A stretch of DNA of 64,000 nt from Dehalococcoidia bacterium. GTDB taxonomy: Bacteria > Chloroflexota > Dehalococcoidia > SZUA-161 > SpSt-899. The position numbers and the translations under genes are program-made. This document shows positions 21,696 through 31,300 of this stretch, piece by piece. Numbering within the stretch: position 1 is the stretch's first letter; each line of letters starts with the position of its first letter. The stretch is taken from the NCBI GenBank assembly GCA_046545575.1, contig JBKGZM010000003.1, positions 5,118-69,117 on the forward strand, given 5' to 3'. The notes below the pieces were generated by a model, which was not told the origin of the DNA, searched no databases, and saw only the letters and a program-made list of their open reading frames with translations.

Positions 21696-22409
21696 TTAAT
21701 GCTTTTCAAACTCTTTAAAGCGATACCCAATCCCTCGCTCACCTAAGATGTACCGGGGATGCTTGGGATCTTCCTCGATCTTCTGGCGGAGATAGGTTAT
21801 GTAAAGCCACAGGTAGTGGTCTTCATCTCTGTACTCATATCCCCATACCCTTCTTAATAGAGTCTCGTGAGGCAAAACGCTGCCGGCATTGCTGACCAGG
21901 TGATACAGAAGACGGTACTCAGTAGGCCTTAGTTTGATTTCTTTTCCTCTGATCATCACCTTGCGTCTGTTGAAATCAATGGACAGGTCATCATCCACCT
22001 GAATCTCGGTCTTGGGAGCTGCAGTAGGCGTCTCAGCTCGCCGAAGCAATGCTTTCACGCGGGATACGAGTTCCCTGGGACTAAAAGGCTTAGTCACGTA
22101 ATCGTCAGCTCCGAGATCAAGCCCCCTTATTTTATCGGTCTCCTCACCTCTCACCGTGAGCATAATGACCGGCACAGTCGATATTTCACGGATTCTTCTC
22201 AGGGTCTCAAATCCGTCCATCTCCGGCATCATGACATCCAGGATAACAAGGTCCGGTAATTCTTTGGAGATTTTCTTTAGAGCCTCATAGCCACTGGATG
22301 CACTGGTGACCTGACAGCCTTCCAGTTCCAAATTCATGCTCACTGCCTCTATAATTCGAGGCTCATCGTCCACGACCATTACTGTTCTCTTCCGTTGGGA
22401 TTCTACCAT
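21696..22409 (-). CDS. OmpR/PhoB family response regulator
   Basis: The ORF is open to 22505, but M33 (ATG 22409) has a GGGAG Shine-Dalgarno sequence 7 nt upstream and gives a typical 237-aa protein. Receiver domain (VVDDEP..., DVMMPEMDG) plus winged-helix trans_reg_C (RLLYHLV...GIGYRF). Confidence 0.9.
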   Translation of the reverse strand: MVESQRKRTVMVVDDEPRIIEAVSMNLELEGCQVTSASSGYEALKKISKELPDLVILDVMMPEMDGFETLRRIREISTVPVIMLTVRGEETDKIRGLDLGADDYVTKPFSPRELVSRVKALLRRAETPTAAPKTEIQVDDDLSIDFNRRKVMIRGKEIKLRPTEYRLLYHLVSNAGSVLPHETLLRRVWGYEYRDEDHYLWLYITYLRQKIEEDPKHPRYILGERGIGYRFKEFEKH

Positions 22410-22485
22410 TTCAAATCTCCCTGAACATGTAACTGCCTCATCAGGCGGTTCTTCTGTTCCTGAGTCATGATTTTGTCTTCCATGA

Positions 22486-23703
22486 TCAGAGTTTATCCTC
22501 TCCAATGGGCAAGTTGAATGAAAAGTAAGAGCCCTTACCCGGAGTGCTATCTACCCAGATTTGTCCTCCATGAGTCTCAATAATGCTCTTGCAAATGTAA
22601 AGGCCCAATCCTGTGCCCTGTATCTGGCCCGTACGGCTATTGTCACCCCTGTAAAAACGATCAAATATCTGGGGCTGATCGCGCAGCGGGATGCCGATTC
22701 CCTGATCAATGATACTGATCGATACGTCGTTTCCCGATACCGAGCCCCGAATTGTAATCTTCCCGCCACCGGGTGAGAACTTCACAGCGTTTTCAAGGAG
22801 GTTTATAAGAACTTCCTCTATCATCTCCGGATCAGCCAGGACAGGAGGGAAGTCCGGGGGGAAATCAGCCTCCATCTCATGTATTTCGATTAACTCGCTC
22901 AATTTCCTTCCTACCCTGTTTACCTCTGTGGGGATGTCCAAAAGAAGTCGGTTGAGTGATAGATTCCCGGTTCTAAGTCGCGAAGTGTACAGGAGCTTGC
23001 TTACCAGGTTGCTCAAGCGATCGCTCTCTTCCTCGATTGCCTGCAATTTGCTCTTTATGTCATCTATGGTCCAATTGGCATCAGGACGAGCCAATGTTCC
23101 GGTATACGCCTTGATTATCGAGAGGGGGGTCTGAAGTTCATGTGATACTGTTGCGAGGAGCGTTGAAGTGATATCTTCAACTTCGCGCTGGTGATCGAGG
23201 CCATGAATTTCATCACCGCTATTTTGCGAAACAGTGTTAAGCTTAAATTGGGCTTCGCTGAGTTGAGATGCCAAATGGCTGTTCTGGATGGAGAGGGCTG
23301 CCTGATCGGCGAATATGGAGAGCAACTTTTGATCCTCGGTAGTAAACATTTCGGATGAGGCAGAACGCAACACAGCTATAACCCCGATTTCCCCTTTCTC
23401 GAGCGTGATAGGAAAAGCAAGGATCAACTCTTGGCTCTCCTGGTTTTGTATGTCCTCAGGAGCATGTATCCCGGGGACAAGATCTGAGAGCCTGTAAATA
23501 TGTTGTTCTTCGTAGTCCAGCTTTGAGATAAGCTCTTGCATTACAGGGCGCAGCCTGGTAATACCAGCGGAATCAAGGCCGCATGCTGCCTCCTCAACAA
23601 AATACCCCTCCAGATCGTGCCACAGCGCTACTATCCCTGCGCTACAATTCAAGGTTTCCACAGATTTCTGTAAGATACCAGTAAGGGTATCCTCTTTCGT
23701 CAT
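22486..23703 (-). CDS. cytoplasmic sensor histidine kinase (GAF-HisKA-HATPase_c)
   Basis: 405 aa, no TM segments. H-box SHELQTPL, N-box [10 protein letters not shown]-boxes DQGIGI and GTGLGL. Confidence 0.9.
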   Translation of the reverse strand: MTKEDTLTGILQKSVETLNCSAGIVALWHDLEGYFVEEAACGLDSAGITRLRPVMQELISKLDYEEQHIYRLSDLVPGIHAPEDIQNQESQELILAFPITLEKGEIGVIAVLRSASSEMFTTEDQKLLSIFADQAALSIQNSHLASQLSEAQFKLNTVSQNSGDEIHGLDHQREVEDITSTLLATVSHELQTPLSIIKAYTGTLARPDANWTIDDIKSKLQAIEEESDRLSNLVSKLLYTSRLRTGNLSLNRLLLDIPTEVNRVGRKLSELIEIHEMEADFPPDFPPVLADPEMIEEVLINLLENAVKFSPGGGKITIRGSVSGNDVSISIIDQGIGIPLRDQPQIFDRFYRGDNSRTGQIQGTGLGLYICKSIIETHGGQIWVDSTPGKGSYFSFNLPIGEDKL

Positions 23704-23796
23704 AACGGCACGCAGACTGATGAGTTCTAAACCTATTGTATCACACGCATAAGGATATCATGAGCATTATTCAGCAGCTCGATCCTGCACGTTACG

Positions 23797-23823
23797 TTGA
23801 CCGAAGGCCCAAAATGTTATAAT
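23797..23823 (+). promoter_or_regulatory. promoter for the DUF262 gene (TTGACC-15-TGtTATAAT, extended -10)
   Basis: ttgacc at 23797..23802 and tataat at 23818..23823, preceded by tg at 23815..23816. GGAGG lies 7 nt before the TTG start at 23862. Confidence 0.45.
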
Positions 23824-23861
23824 AGGAATTTGGGCACAAAAGATAACTTGGAGGCACATTC

Positions 23862-24599
23862 TTGGATGTTATGAACCGTGAGATCAGCACAGATGAAGAG
23901 ACAATACCCGATTTCGTCAATAGACTGGCGGAAGGCAAGCTTTTAATTCCATCATTTCAGCGTGAATTTGTATGGGGTCCTGAGGATATCATAAAGATCT
24001 GGGACAGCATCTATCGTTTTTACCCGATAGGAAGCATTCTCTGTTGGGAGACAACTATCGACCTGAATGTTGCCCGTCAATTAGGCGGGCTTCTTCTACC
24101 TGTCGATACAGAGGGCAATGGGAAACACGGAAAACGGGTTTACATCCTGGACGGGCAGCAGCGGGCAACATCTCTATTTGTCTCAATGTATGGCGGTGAA
24201 GGAAAGGTAAAAGGTCAAAGCAACTTCGATTTCACGCTGTACTTTGATGCGACAGATGCCACTTTTTTCTTCGCAAATGAGTTTAAGAAGCGCAAACGCA
24301 AAGCAAATCCGGCCTTTCTCATCCGCCTGAGCGACGTTCCCAAGTGGGAGGATGATTTCCATCAGCGTATATCGAGAGAGCCGGGGTTCAGTCAGAAGAT
24401 CGAACAGAACCTGCGTCAATTAAGCCGCGTTTTCAGTGATTATAAACTGTCCTTCATTCGCATTAAAAACTTTGACGTCGCAGCGGTATGCGATATATTC
24501 GAACGTATAAACCAAGAAGGGAAAGACCTGCAGTCGATCGATATAATGGTAGCCAGAACCTTCAGGAATTATGATTTTGTAATAGAAGAGGATATGTAG
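23862..24599 (+). CDS. DUF262 (GmrSD N-terminal / ParB-like NTPase) domain protein, apparently C-terminally truncated
   Basis: 245 aa. Hallmark motifs IPSFQREFVW, ILDGQQRATS and FERINQEGKDL. The ORF stops about 20 aa after the last motif. Typical family members continue for 100-350 more residues. Possible pseudogene remnant. Confidence 0.7.
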   Translation: MDVMNREISTDEETIPDFVNRLAEGKLLIPSFQREFVWGPEDIIKIWDSIYRFYPIGSILCWETTIDLNVARQLGGLLLPVDTEGNGKHGKRVYILDGQQRATSLFVSMYGGEGKVKGQSNFDFTLYFDATDATFFFANEFKKRKRKANPAFLIRLSDVPKWEDDFHQRISREPGFSQKIEQNLRQLSRVFSDYKLSFIRIKNFDVAAVCDIFERINQEGKDLQSIDIMVARTFRNYDFVIEEDM

Positions 24600-24618
24600 T
24601 TTCTGCGAGTAGATGCAT

Positions 24619-25686
24619 CTATTTGAGTTCCTGCAGCCTTGTCTTCATCTGGTTCAAGCGGGGGAGGTCGGTTAGTCCGGATACCAGCGTTACTGCACCG
24701 ATCTCGGTGCTCCCCTTATCAGGGTAATCACCGTATCTAACCTCACCGACTTTTAGTTTTTGTTCAAGATGGCCTTTCCCGGCTATGATGGCCTGTGTAA
24801 ATAAATGCTCCGGTCTCCCGTAAACCACCAAGCCCGCCGCCTTTGCACCACTGACGTCACAGGCGAAGGTCAACATGCTTTCATCCGTGCTCTCTTTTAT
24901 GATTTCCTCCAGCCTTTTCTCGTCAGGCTTTACTCCTTTCGCCCAGAACCGACTCTTAAGTCTGATCTTCTCGCTGCGGTGCCCGATGGTTGAAAAGCCT
25001 CCGCCCTGACCGAAGGTAGCTATAACTTCCGAAGAGCCAAATACCTCCTGCGGGGGATGTTTGGCTTCCCCTGCCCCCAGAAGAATGGTCAATCTCGCTG
25101 CTATATCCTCGTTAATTCTCTGGTACATCTTCTCCACGGGTTCACCGGTCTCGCTGATCTCCTCATGCATTTCGTACTGACCGTTATCCACAAGTAAGGT
25201 ATTATCGAAATTAGCCCGCCACGACTCGGTGCTCCTGAGCGTATTGGCGATGCACAGCGCCTCCTTATCTGACGCCATCCCCACAGTGGAAGGTAATACC
25301 GCGAGTCCATAGACTGGCTTATGGTATATGTCCCTGATCTCCTTTGCCAGTATATGCCCTCCACCAGCTCCAGTCCCACCAGCCATTCCTGCCACAATAC
25401 AATAAGCTTCGGGGTCCAATTTCCTGCTCGCCCTCGCAATCCTGTCCATCATCTGGGACAAGGACTTCTGAGCCATCTCTTCGCTAAGGTCAATATTGGC
25501 CCCTACCCCTCTACCTTTTTGCCTGTACTTGCCTATTAGTATCTTTTCGTCGATGTTTTTCAGTCCAGCCAGGTCCAGCCCCTCTGTGTTGATCACTATG
25601 GCAGCATAGCGTTTCTTGTCCATTCCCATAAGGGCATCGACAATTTTAGCTCCTGCCTGACCATAACCAATCCAGAGCATCCTCAT
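24619..25686 (-). CDS. tubulin/FtsZ-superfamily GTPase, CetZ-like
   Basis: 355 aa. IGYGQAGAKIVD (T1), tubulin-signature-like AGMAGGTGAGGG (T4), VYGLAVLP, LLVDNG, ILLGAGE, YGDYP...LVSGLTDLPR. The block order resembles archaeal CetZ (comparison from memory) rather than bacterial FtsZ, and it lacks the FtsZ C-terminal linker and peptide. Confidence 0.75.
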   Translation of the reverse strand: MRMLWIGYGQAGAKIVDALMGMDKKRYAAIVINTEGLDLAGLKNIDEKILIGKYRQKGRGVGANIDLSEEMAQKSLSQMMDRIARASRKLDPEAYCIVAGMAGGTGAGGGHILAKEIRDIYHKPVYGLAVLPSTVGMASDKEALCIANTLRSTESWRANFDNTLLVDNGQYEMHEEISETGEPVEKMYQRINEDIAARLTILLGAGEAKHPPQEVFGSSEVIATFGQGGGFSTIGHRSEKIRLKSRFWAKGVKPDEKRLEEIIKESTDESMLTFACDVSGAKAAGLVVYGRPEHLFTQAIIAGKGHLEQKLKVGEVRYGDYPDKGSTEIGAVTLVSGLTDLPRLNQMKTRLQELK

Positions 25687-25695
25687 GGTGAGGTT

Positions 25696-25724
25696 ACTAT
25701 ACCATTAAATTATTAATTTTGCAA
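25696..25724 (-). promoter_or_regulatory. promoter of the CetZ-like gene (TTGCAA-17-TATAGT), predicting a leaderless or near-leaderless mRNA
   Basis: On the minus strand, ttgcaa (25724..25719) and tatagt (25701..25696). Only 9 nt (aacctcacc, with no SD sequence) separate the -10 from the ATG at 25686. Confidence 0.4.
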
Positions 25725-25801
25725 TAGCATTGGACCCATCTAGACAACGACTAAAATGTTTGGTAACATGTTCAAAGTATTTGGGCATAAAGAGAAGCAG
25801 A

Positions 25802-26524
25802 ATGATAGGAGACAGGATAGTTGTAGATGAAGTACATGTCAAGGCTGCGGAAGCTATAGCGGGGTTGCTTCTACCTCAGATAGAGGAGAGCACCGACAGG
25901 TTCATAATCAGTATCGCCGGCGAATCCGGCAGTGGCAAATCGGAGATCGCTACAGTACTTTCAAGTATCTTTAATAGCGGGGAGAAAAGGTGTGTGACCC
26001 TGCAACAGGATGACTATTTTGTGTATCCGCCAAGAACCAATGCCGTATTACGTAGAAATGATATTAGGCATGTGGGGATATCCGAGGTTCAACTCAAAGC
26101 CCTTGACCGGAATCTGGATGAGATCGCTGCAGGGAAACCTCAAATCAAGAAGCCCCTGGTGGTTTTTGAAGAGGATATGATCATCGAGGAGACGATTAAT
26201 CTCGATGGTGCCAATAGCATACTGGTCGAAGGAACCTATACCACTCTCTTGAACAATGCTCATTACCGCATCTTTCTTGAGCGCACCTATATTGATACAG
26301 CCAGGATTCGGAGACAAAGGATAAGGGAGAAGCAGGATGAGTTCCTGGAGAAGATCCTGCACATCGAGCACAAGATCATCTCCTGTCATAAACATAAGGC
26401 CGATATTATCGTAACCAATGACTATAATGTTACTCTCAATTCCGAAAGGAAGATCGAAGCAGCCAATTCAAGCTCAAACGAGGTAGCTTATCATCAATGT
26501 AGCCATTCCCAGCATAATGAGTAA
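25802..26524 (+). CDS. uridine kinase / phosphoribulokinase family P-loop kinase
   Basis: The ORF is open from 25730, and ATG 25802 (MIGDRIVV...) is the likely start. Walker A IAGESGSGKSE, QQDDYF and ILVEGTY motifs match the Udk/PRK family. The C-terminal tail overlaps the mgtE 3' end by 51 nt. Confidence 0.65.
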   Translation: MIGDRIVVDEVHVKAAEAIAGLLLPQIEESTDRFIISIAGESGSGKSEIATVLSSIFNSGEKRCVTLQQDDYFVYPPRTNAVLRRNDIRHVGISEVQLKALDRNLDEIAAGKPQIKKPLVVFEEDMIIEETINLDGANSILVEGTYTTLLNNAHYRIFLERTYIDTARIRRQRIREKQDEFLEKILHIEHKIISCHKHKADIIVTNDYNVTLNSERKIEAANSSSNEVAYHQCSHSQHNE

Positions 26525-27826
26525 TCCGCCCGTATCGGTGATGGTGGTAACCACCACGGTTGACCCGAGGGCAGGATCCACTTTCATAAGCTTTAATAGC
26601 AAGGGGATTACCACCCCGCTCAACCCCGCAACTATCATGGTCGCAAACATGGCTCCTCCCAGGACCACAGCCAGCCATAAGTCATCTTTCCAGAAAAATG
26701 CTATATTCCCGGCGATAACTGCTATCACCAGCCCATTAATGGCCGCCAGCCCCAGTTCTTTAAAAAGTGCTCTCTTCGCATTTCTGAAGGATACCTCGCC
26801 CAAAGCAAGGCTGCGCACCATGATGGTTAAGGTCTGAGCACCTGCATTCCCTCCCTGACCGGCGATAACGGGGATGAAAACGGCAAGTGCCGCTACCTGA
26901 GCTATCGTGGATTCGAACAGGCCCACAACCACACCAGCCAGGATAGCCGTACCCAAGTTGATACTCAGCCAGGGTAGCCTTCTTCTTATGGAGTCCCTAA
27001 ATGGTGTGAGTATCCGCTCATTTTCGCTAACCCCAACCATGTGATACATATCCTCGGTGGCTTCCTCCTCTGCCACTTCCAGGGACTCCTTCAGGCGAAT
27101 TATACCTAACAGGCGACCTTCATCATCGATGACGGGCAAAGCTGAGAGGTCGTGACGTGACATGATGCGAGCACATTCCTCCCTGTCAGTATCCGCAGTC
27201 ACGAATATAACATCGGGGTTCATCACCTCACTTATTTTCTCTTCGGGGTCAGCCAGGATCAATTGTCTAAGCGTCAATGTTCCCTGTGGTCGATTCCTTC
27301 TATCAACGACGTATAGGACCTCTACCGTTCCCTGGGGCGGTTTGAGTCTTCTCAGTCTATCGAGTGCTCTCGCCGCTGTCATTCGTGAAGGAAGAGTGAG
27401 AACCTCAGGGGTCATCAGACCGCCCGCGGTGTCTTCACTGTAGCTAAGCAAGGGAGAGACCTGTTCCTTTTCCTCCATCCCCTCCAGAATCTCGTGACTC
27501 TCCTGCGGAGGAAAGCTCTGGAGTACATCCGCAGCCACATCTGGGCCTACATTATCCAATATAGGCAAAAGTGTATCCCGGTCTATTTCCTGAGATAGCC
27601 TCCTAACGTCTTCCTTTTTCAGATGCTCGAACAGGTCAGCTTGTTTTTCCTCATCCAGGTTAGGGAAAAGCTCCTTCTGCTCCGCTCTGTCCAGTTCAGT
27701 AAACGCCTGAGCTTGATCCGGTGCTCTGAACTGAGACAGCAGATCAATGGCTTTATCCCATTCTTGTTCCTGGACATACTGTTTCAGGTCATCTATTAGT
27801 TCCAGTATTTCTGTTGTCATAAGCAT
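26474..27826 (-). CDS. mgtE: magnesium transporter MgtE
   Basis: 450 aa. N-domain, tandem CBS domains and 5 C-terminal TM helices with GNAGAQ and PALGSTVVVTTITD motifs. Confidence 0.9.
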   Translation of the reverse strand: MLMTTEILELIDDLKQYVQEQEWDKAIDLLSQFRAPDQAQAFTELDRAEQKELFPNLDEEKQADLFEHLKKEDVRRLSQEIDRDTLLPILDNVGPDVAADVLQSFPPQESHEILEGMEEKEQVSPLLSYSEDTAGGLMTPEVLTLPSRMTAARALDRLRRLKPPQGTVEVLYVVDRRNRPQGTLTLRQLILADPEEKISEVMNPDVIFVTADTDREECARIMSRHDLSALPVIDDEGRLLGIIRLKESLEVAEEEATEDMYHMVGVSENERILTPFRDSIRRRLPWLSINLGTAILAGVVVGLFESTIAQVAALAVFIPVIAGQGGNAGAQTLTIMVRSLALGEVSFRNAKRALFKELGLAAINGLVIAVIAGNIAFFWKDDLWLAVVLGGAMFATMIVAGLSGVVIPLLLKLMKVDPALGSTVVVTTITDTGGLLIMLGMATLMISYLV

Positions 27827-28326
27827 CTTCTCCTGGTCTTTGTTCCTCTTGTCATGTTTACCTTCGGCTATTCAATTCTGCCAAGTTGATCCCGCGTGTA
27901 GTACTTTGGCTCTTCATGGATGACAACGGAGCACTCCGCTTACTATTATATCGTTAGGAGCTATAGAGACAAATTGGCCCGATTTTATTCAGTGAAATTC
28001 GGGGGAATAATGGCCCTGAACTTCTCTCAAGAATATACCACATCGGTGGCTAAAGCCTATCACAAACACCACAGACTGTCCATATCAGCGGAGCCATTAT
28101 CCAAACAGTCACACCGCAATAAAAATCAGTCTCATCCTCTGGCTCACGCAAGCATTCGGGATGTATTCATTACTGAAAATAATTGAGTATAATATATGAG
28201 CATGCAGGGTCGCTTATGGAAAGGAAAGCAATACCACCTTCTTCTCAGCGTGATCGTAGCTGTGCTCGATCTCTCGGCACCGCTGGAGATGTTTCCCAAA
28301 TGACCTATGCATGTGGAGAGGAAGAA

Positions 28327-31300
28327 ATGGACGCCTTTGAGGAAGTTAATAACCGCTTCCGGACGAGTTTAAAGGAACATCTGGCCCATGCACTTCGACA
28401 ATTTGAGGAAGCCGACATAGTCGTTGGTATTCCTTTCTACAATGAGGTTGATACCCTCTCACATGTAGTGAAAACGGTAGAAGAAGGTCTTAAGAGGTTT
28501 TACCCTGATTCACGGTCAGTGATCATAGCAGTTGGTTCTTCTGCAGGACGAGAGGCGCTCGAGGCGATCGAAGCGCTCCCCCAAAGCAACATACGGCGAA
28601 TGGCTTTCTTGCTGGAGGATGGTCAGTTGGAGGGGAAAGGTTGGCATATCCGTGCCATCATGGAGATAGCGCTCAATCTCGGCGCTGATCTTGTCCTTTT
28701 AGAAGCTGATTTAGAGAGCCGCTTTAACAACGGAGAGGTTGAAGGCCTCTCTCCTGAATGGATTGATCTTCTTCTCCGACCGATAAAAAGCGAGGGGGTG
28801 GACCTGGTTCTTTCCAGGTTCAACTTCCATCACCTGGATGCCCAGGTTTGCAGCAATGTCGCCCAGCCTCTCCTTGCTGCTCTCTATGGTTACTCCCTTG
28901 GTTGTCTCATAGGCGGACAGTGGGGGATATCTTACCCTTTACTTCGACTATATTCTCAGGAGCCTCCTCAAGCGTGGATGACAGCTATCACGGGATATGG
29001 AATAGATAGTTGGCTTGCTACCACAGCGATTGCCAGCGAGGCTCGTATCTGTGCAGCAAATCTTGGCATCAAGATTCACACAGTATCATGGGCGAAGTCG
29101 GAACTCGTCTCAAGGCAAGTTATCAAATCCCTGTTTGACCAGATAGTCAATGTTCCGAAATGGTGGAGAGGAAACGGCGCGAGTGATGCGGCTCCCATGG
29201 TACAACCAATACCAGTGATGGGGGCACAGAAGATGCAACGCCCCGATCCAGTTACCATACACCCCCACGTTCTGATGAGTAGATACAGTAATAGCTTCAA
29301 TCTGTTTCACTCACTCTATCAGAGGATCTTCCCAAAGGAAACGTATCAGCACTTGGCCAAAATGGCCAGCATTGACCATGCAGAGGCTGATTTCCCCCTT
29401 ACGCTGTGGGCAAAGATCGTTTATCGGTTTCTTCTGGCCTATGCCTTCAAAACAGATATGAGCAGGGACGATCTTTTCAATGCCTTCATATCTCTCCACA
29501 ACAGATTTGTGGTCAGTTTTGCAACAGAGATGGGAATCCTGAGAAATAAACTGAAGGCACTACCTTCGTTGGAAGCAGAGGAATTGCTATCCGCAAAAGC
29601 CGGGAAAAGAGAGGAAGACCTCACGAACGAGTTTCTACGTCAATGTCCTGGTTTCTTAAGCGCGTGGGAAAAGAAAGCCGAGGAACGCAAACCCCCCGTG
29701 CCGCAAATAACCTATCGGGAATTTATCCCAGGGGTGCCACTGGTAGTACCTCCGGAACTGGTCGCTCCTGATGGTAAAAAGGTATACGCCGAGGAAATCT
29801 ATAAATCAATATTCACCAGGCAAAAGGCGGAATTCGAGCAGTTCGTGCATGGGTTCTTAAACGTGCCCCAAGGCGCTCGCTCAGGCGAAATAACGGCGGC
29901 GATACGGGACTTCCTGCATCAAGTGGAGGTTGCGATTCCTCCTACTGGCAGTCTCTCTTCCCTTATGCGGACGAAAGAATTAGTGAATTTCGTTTTCCAC
30001 AACTTCCCGCATGAAGAAGGGTTCTCCCTGACCAGTGACATGGCCTTCTGGCTTTTATGGCAGCACCCTCCCTCCTCTTTGGTCAACAGAATGGGGTATA
30101 GCAACCTCTCTGAACTCTTGCAAGACTACGATCCCCTGGATACGCTTGCGCTCGCAAGCTGGATTGAGGATCGGGACTATATGGAAGAACTGCGGAGGCT
30201 TATAGCTGAGAACATTCGCCCTGAGCATTTCACCATCTGTCCTATAGAGCCCTTGGTGGTCAGCCACCAGGATTTCCCTTCACTCGTGGAGATGAAGGAG
30301 TCATCTGCCCTGGATAAGTTAACATCCCGCGTGGTCGTGTCAAGCCTTCACAAAGGTATGGGGGGTGAGTTTCCCAAGCTTCGCTACCTTACTAGCATTA
30401 CCAAGAACATTGTGGAGGCAGAGAGATTTGGAAAGGTATGGCAAAGGTTTGCCTCCATCAGGAGGGAGTTTGGCCTCAGGGTGATAAATTCACTGGAGGG
30501 ACATTGGGGGAGAGAGCCGCTTTCAGCACATAATATTTTTGAGGATGGCCACCATCGCATGCTGACAAAGCGGCTTAGGCAAATGGCGGATAAGATAGGC
30601 TCGGAAGCTGATAAAGACTTAAATCCAGCGGAATTATCGGGCAGCCTTAAGGCCATGGCCGATTCATACCATTTAGCGCTTACCCTTCCTGATGGCAAAT
30701 TTGTTACCTGTTCGGCCTGGTCCTGGGCAAGCTACAGCTTCAAGGGTGGGCAGGACTTACCCTCTCCACTTTCACTTCACGTCGAGAGGGACTGGTTTTC
30801 ACGTGAATTTTTGATTGAATATTTCAAGGCCGCAGGTGGAAAAGAAACAGAGGTAGAGCAAAGGATTGTTGAGCTCATGGAGCAGGGAAGAGAATGGGAG
30901 GACCTGGCGTCTATCCTGTTGGGCACCGAGAAAGAAACCGCTCAGGAGATAGTCTCAAAGGATACGGCTCCCTCTATGCAGCCAGAAGCCGGTCTACTGA
31001 AAAGATTTGGCGGCAACCCAATTCTGAATCCTATCAAAAACCATTATTGGGAGTCCAAATACGTGCTTAACCCGGGTACTATAAGACTCGGAGACAAGAT
31101 TTATCTGGTTTATCGGGCATTTGGGGATGACGAGATCTCCCGGCTTGGATTGGCATTAAGTGAGGATGGTTTCAGATTCTCTGAGAGGCTGGAGTTTCCT
31201 ATATTCGGGCCGAAGACCAAGAGCGAGGAAAAGGGATGTGAAGATCCTCGATTGACCCTGATAGGCGATTGGATTTATATGCTCTATACCGCATATAGCA

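Noticed and set aside
27827-28000. Expected an M-box (ykoK) Mg riboswitch in the mgtE leader
   Set aside because: I read the minus strand of the whole spacer. The conserved M-box blocks (GUUAGGUGAGGCU, GGGUCAACAG, UAAGGUG, GCUAAAGCUCUACG) are absent. Only a vague cgttaggagc occurs, and it is on the wrong strand.
27920-28186. 88-aa + strand ORF in the mgtE / glycosyl-enzyme spacer
   Set aside because: It has no Shine-Dalgarno sequence, an odd composition (His/Ser/Tyr-rich, with no hydrophobic core pattern) and no recognisable motif. It is probably a chance ORF in non-coding DNA.
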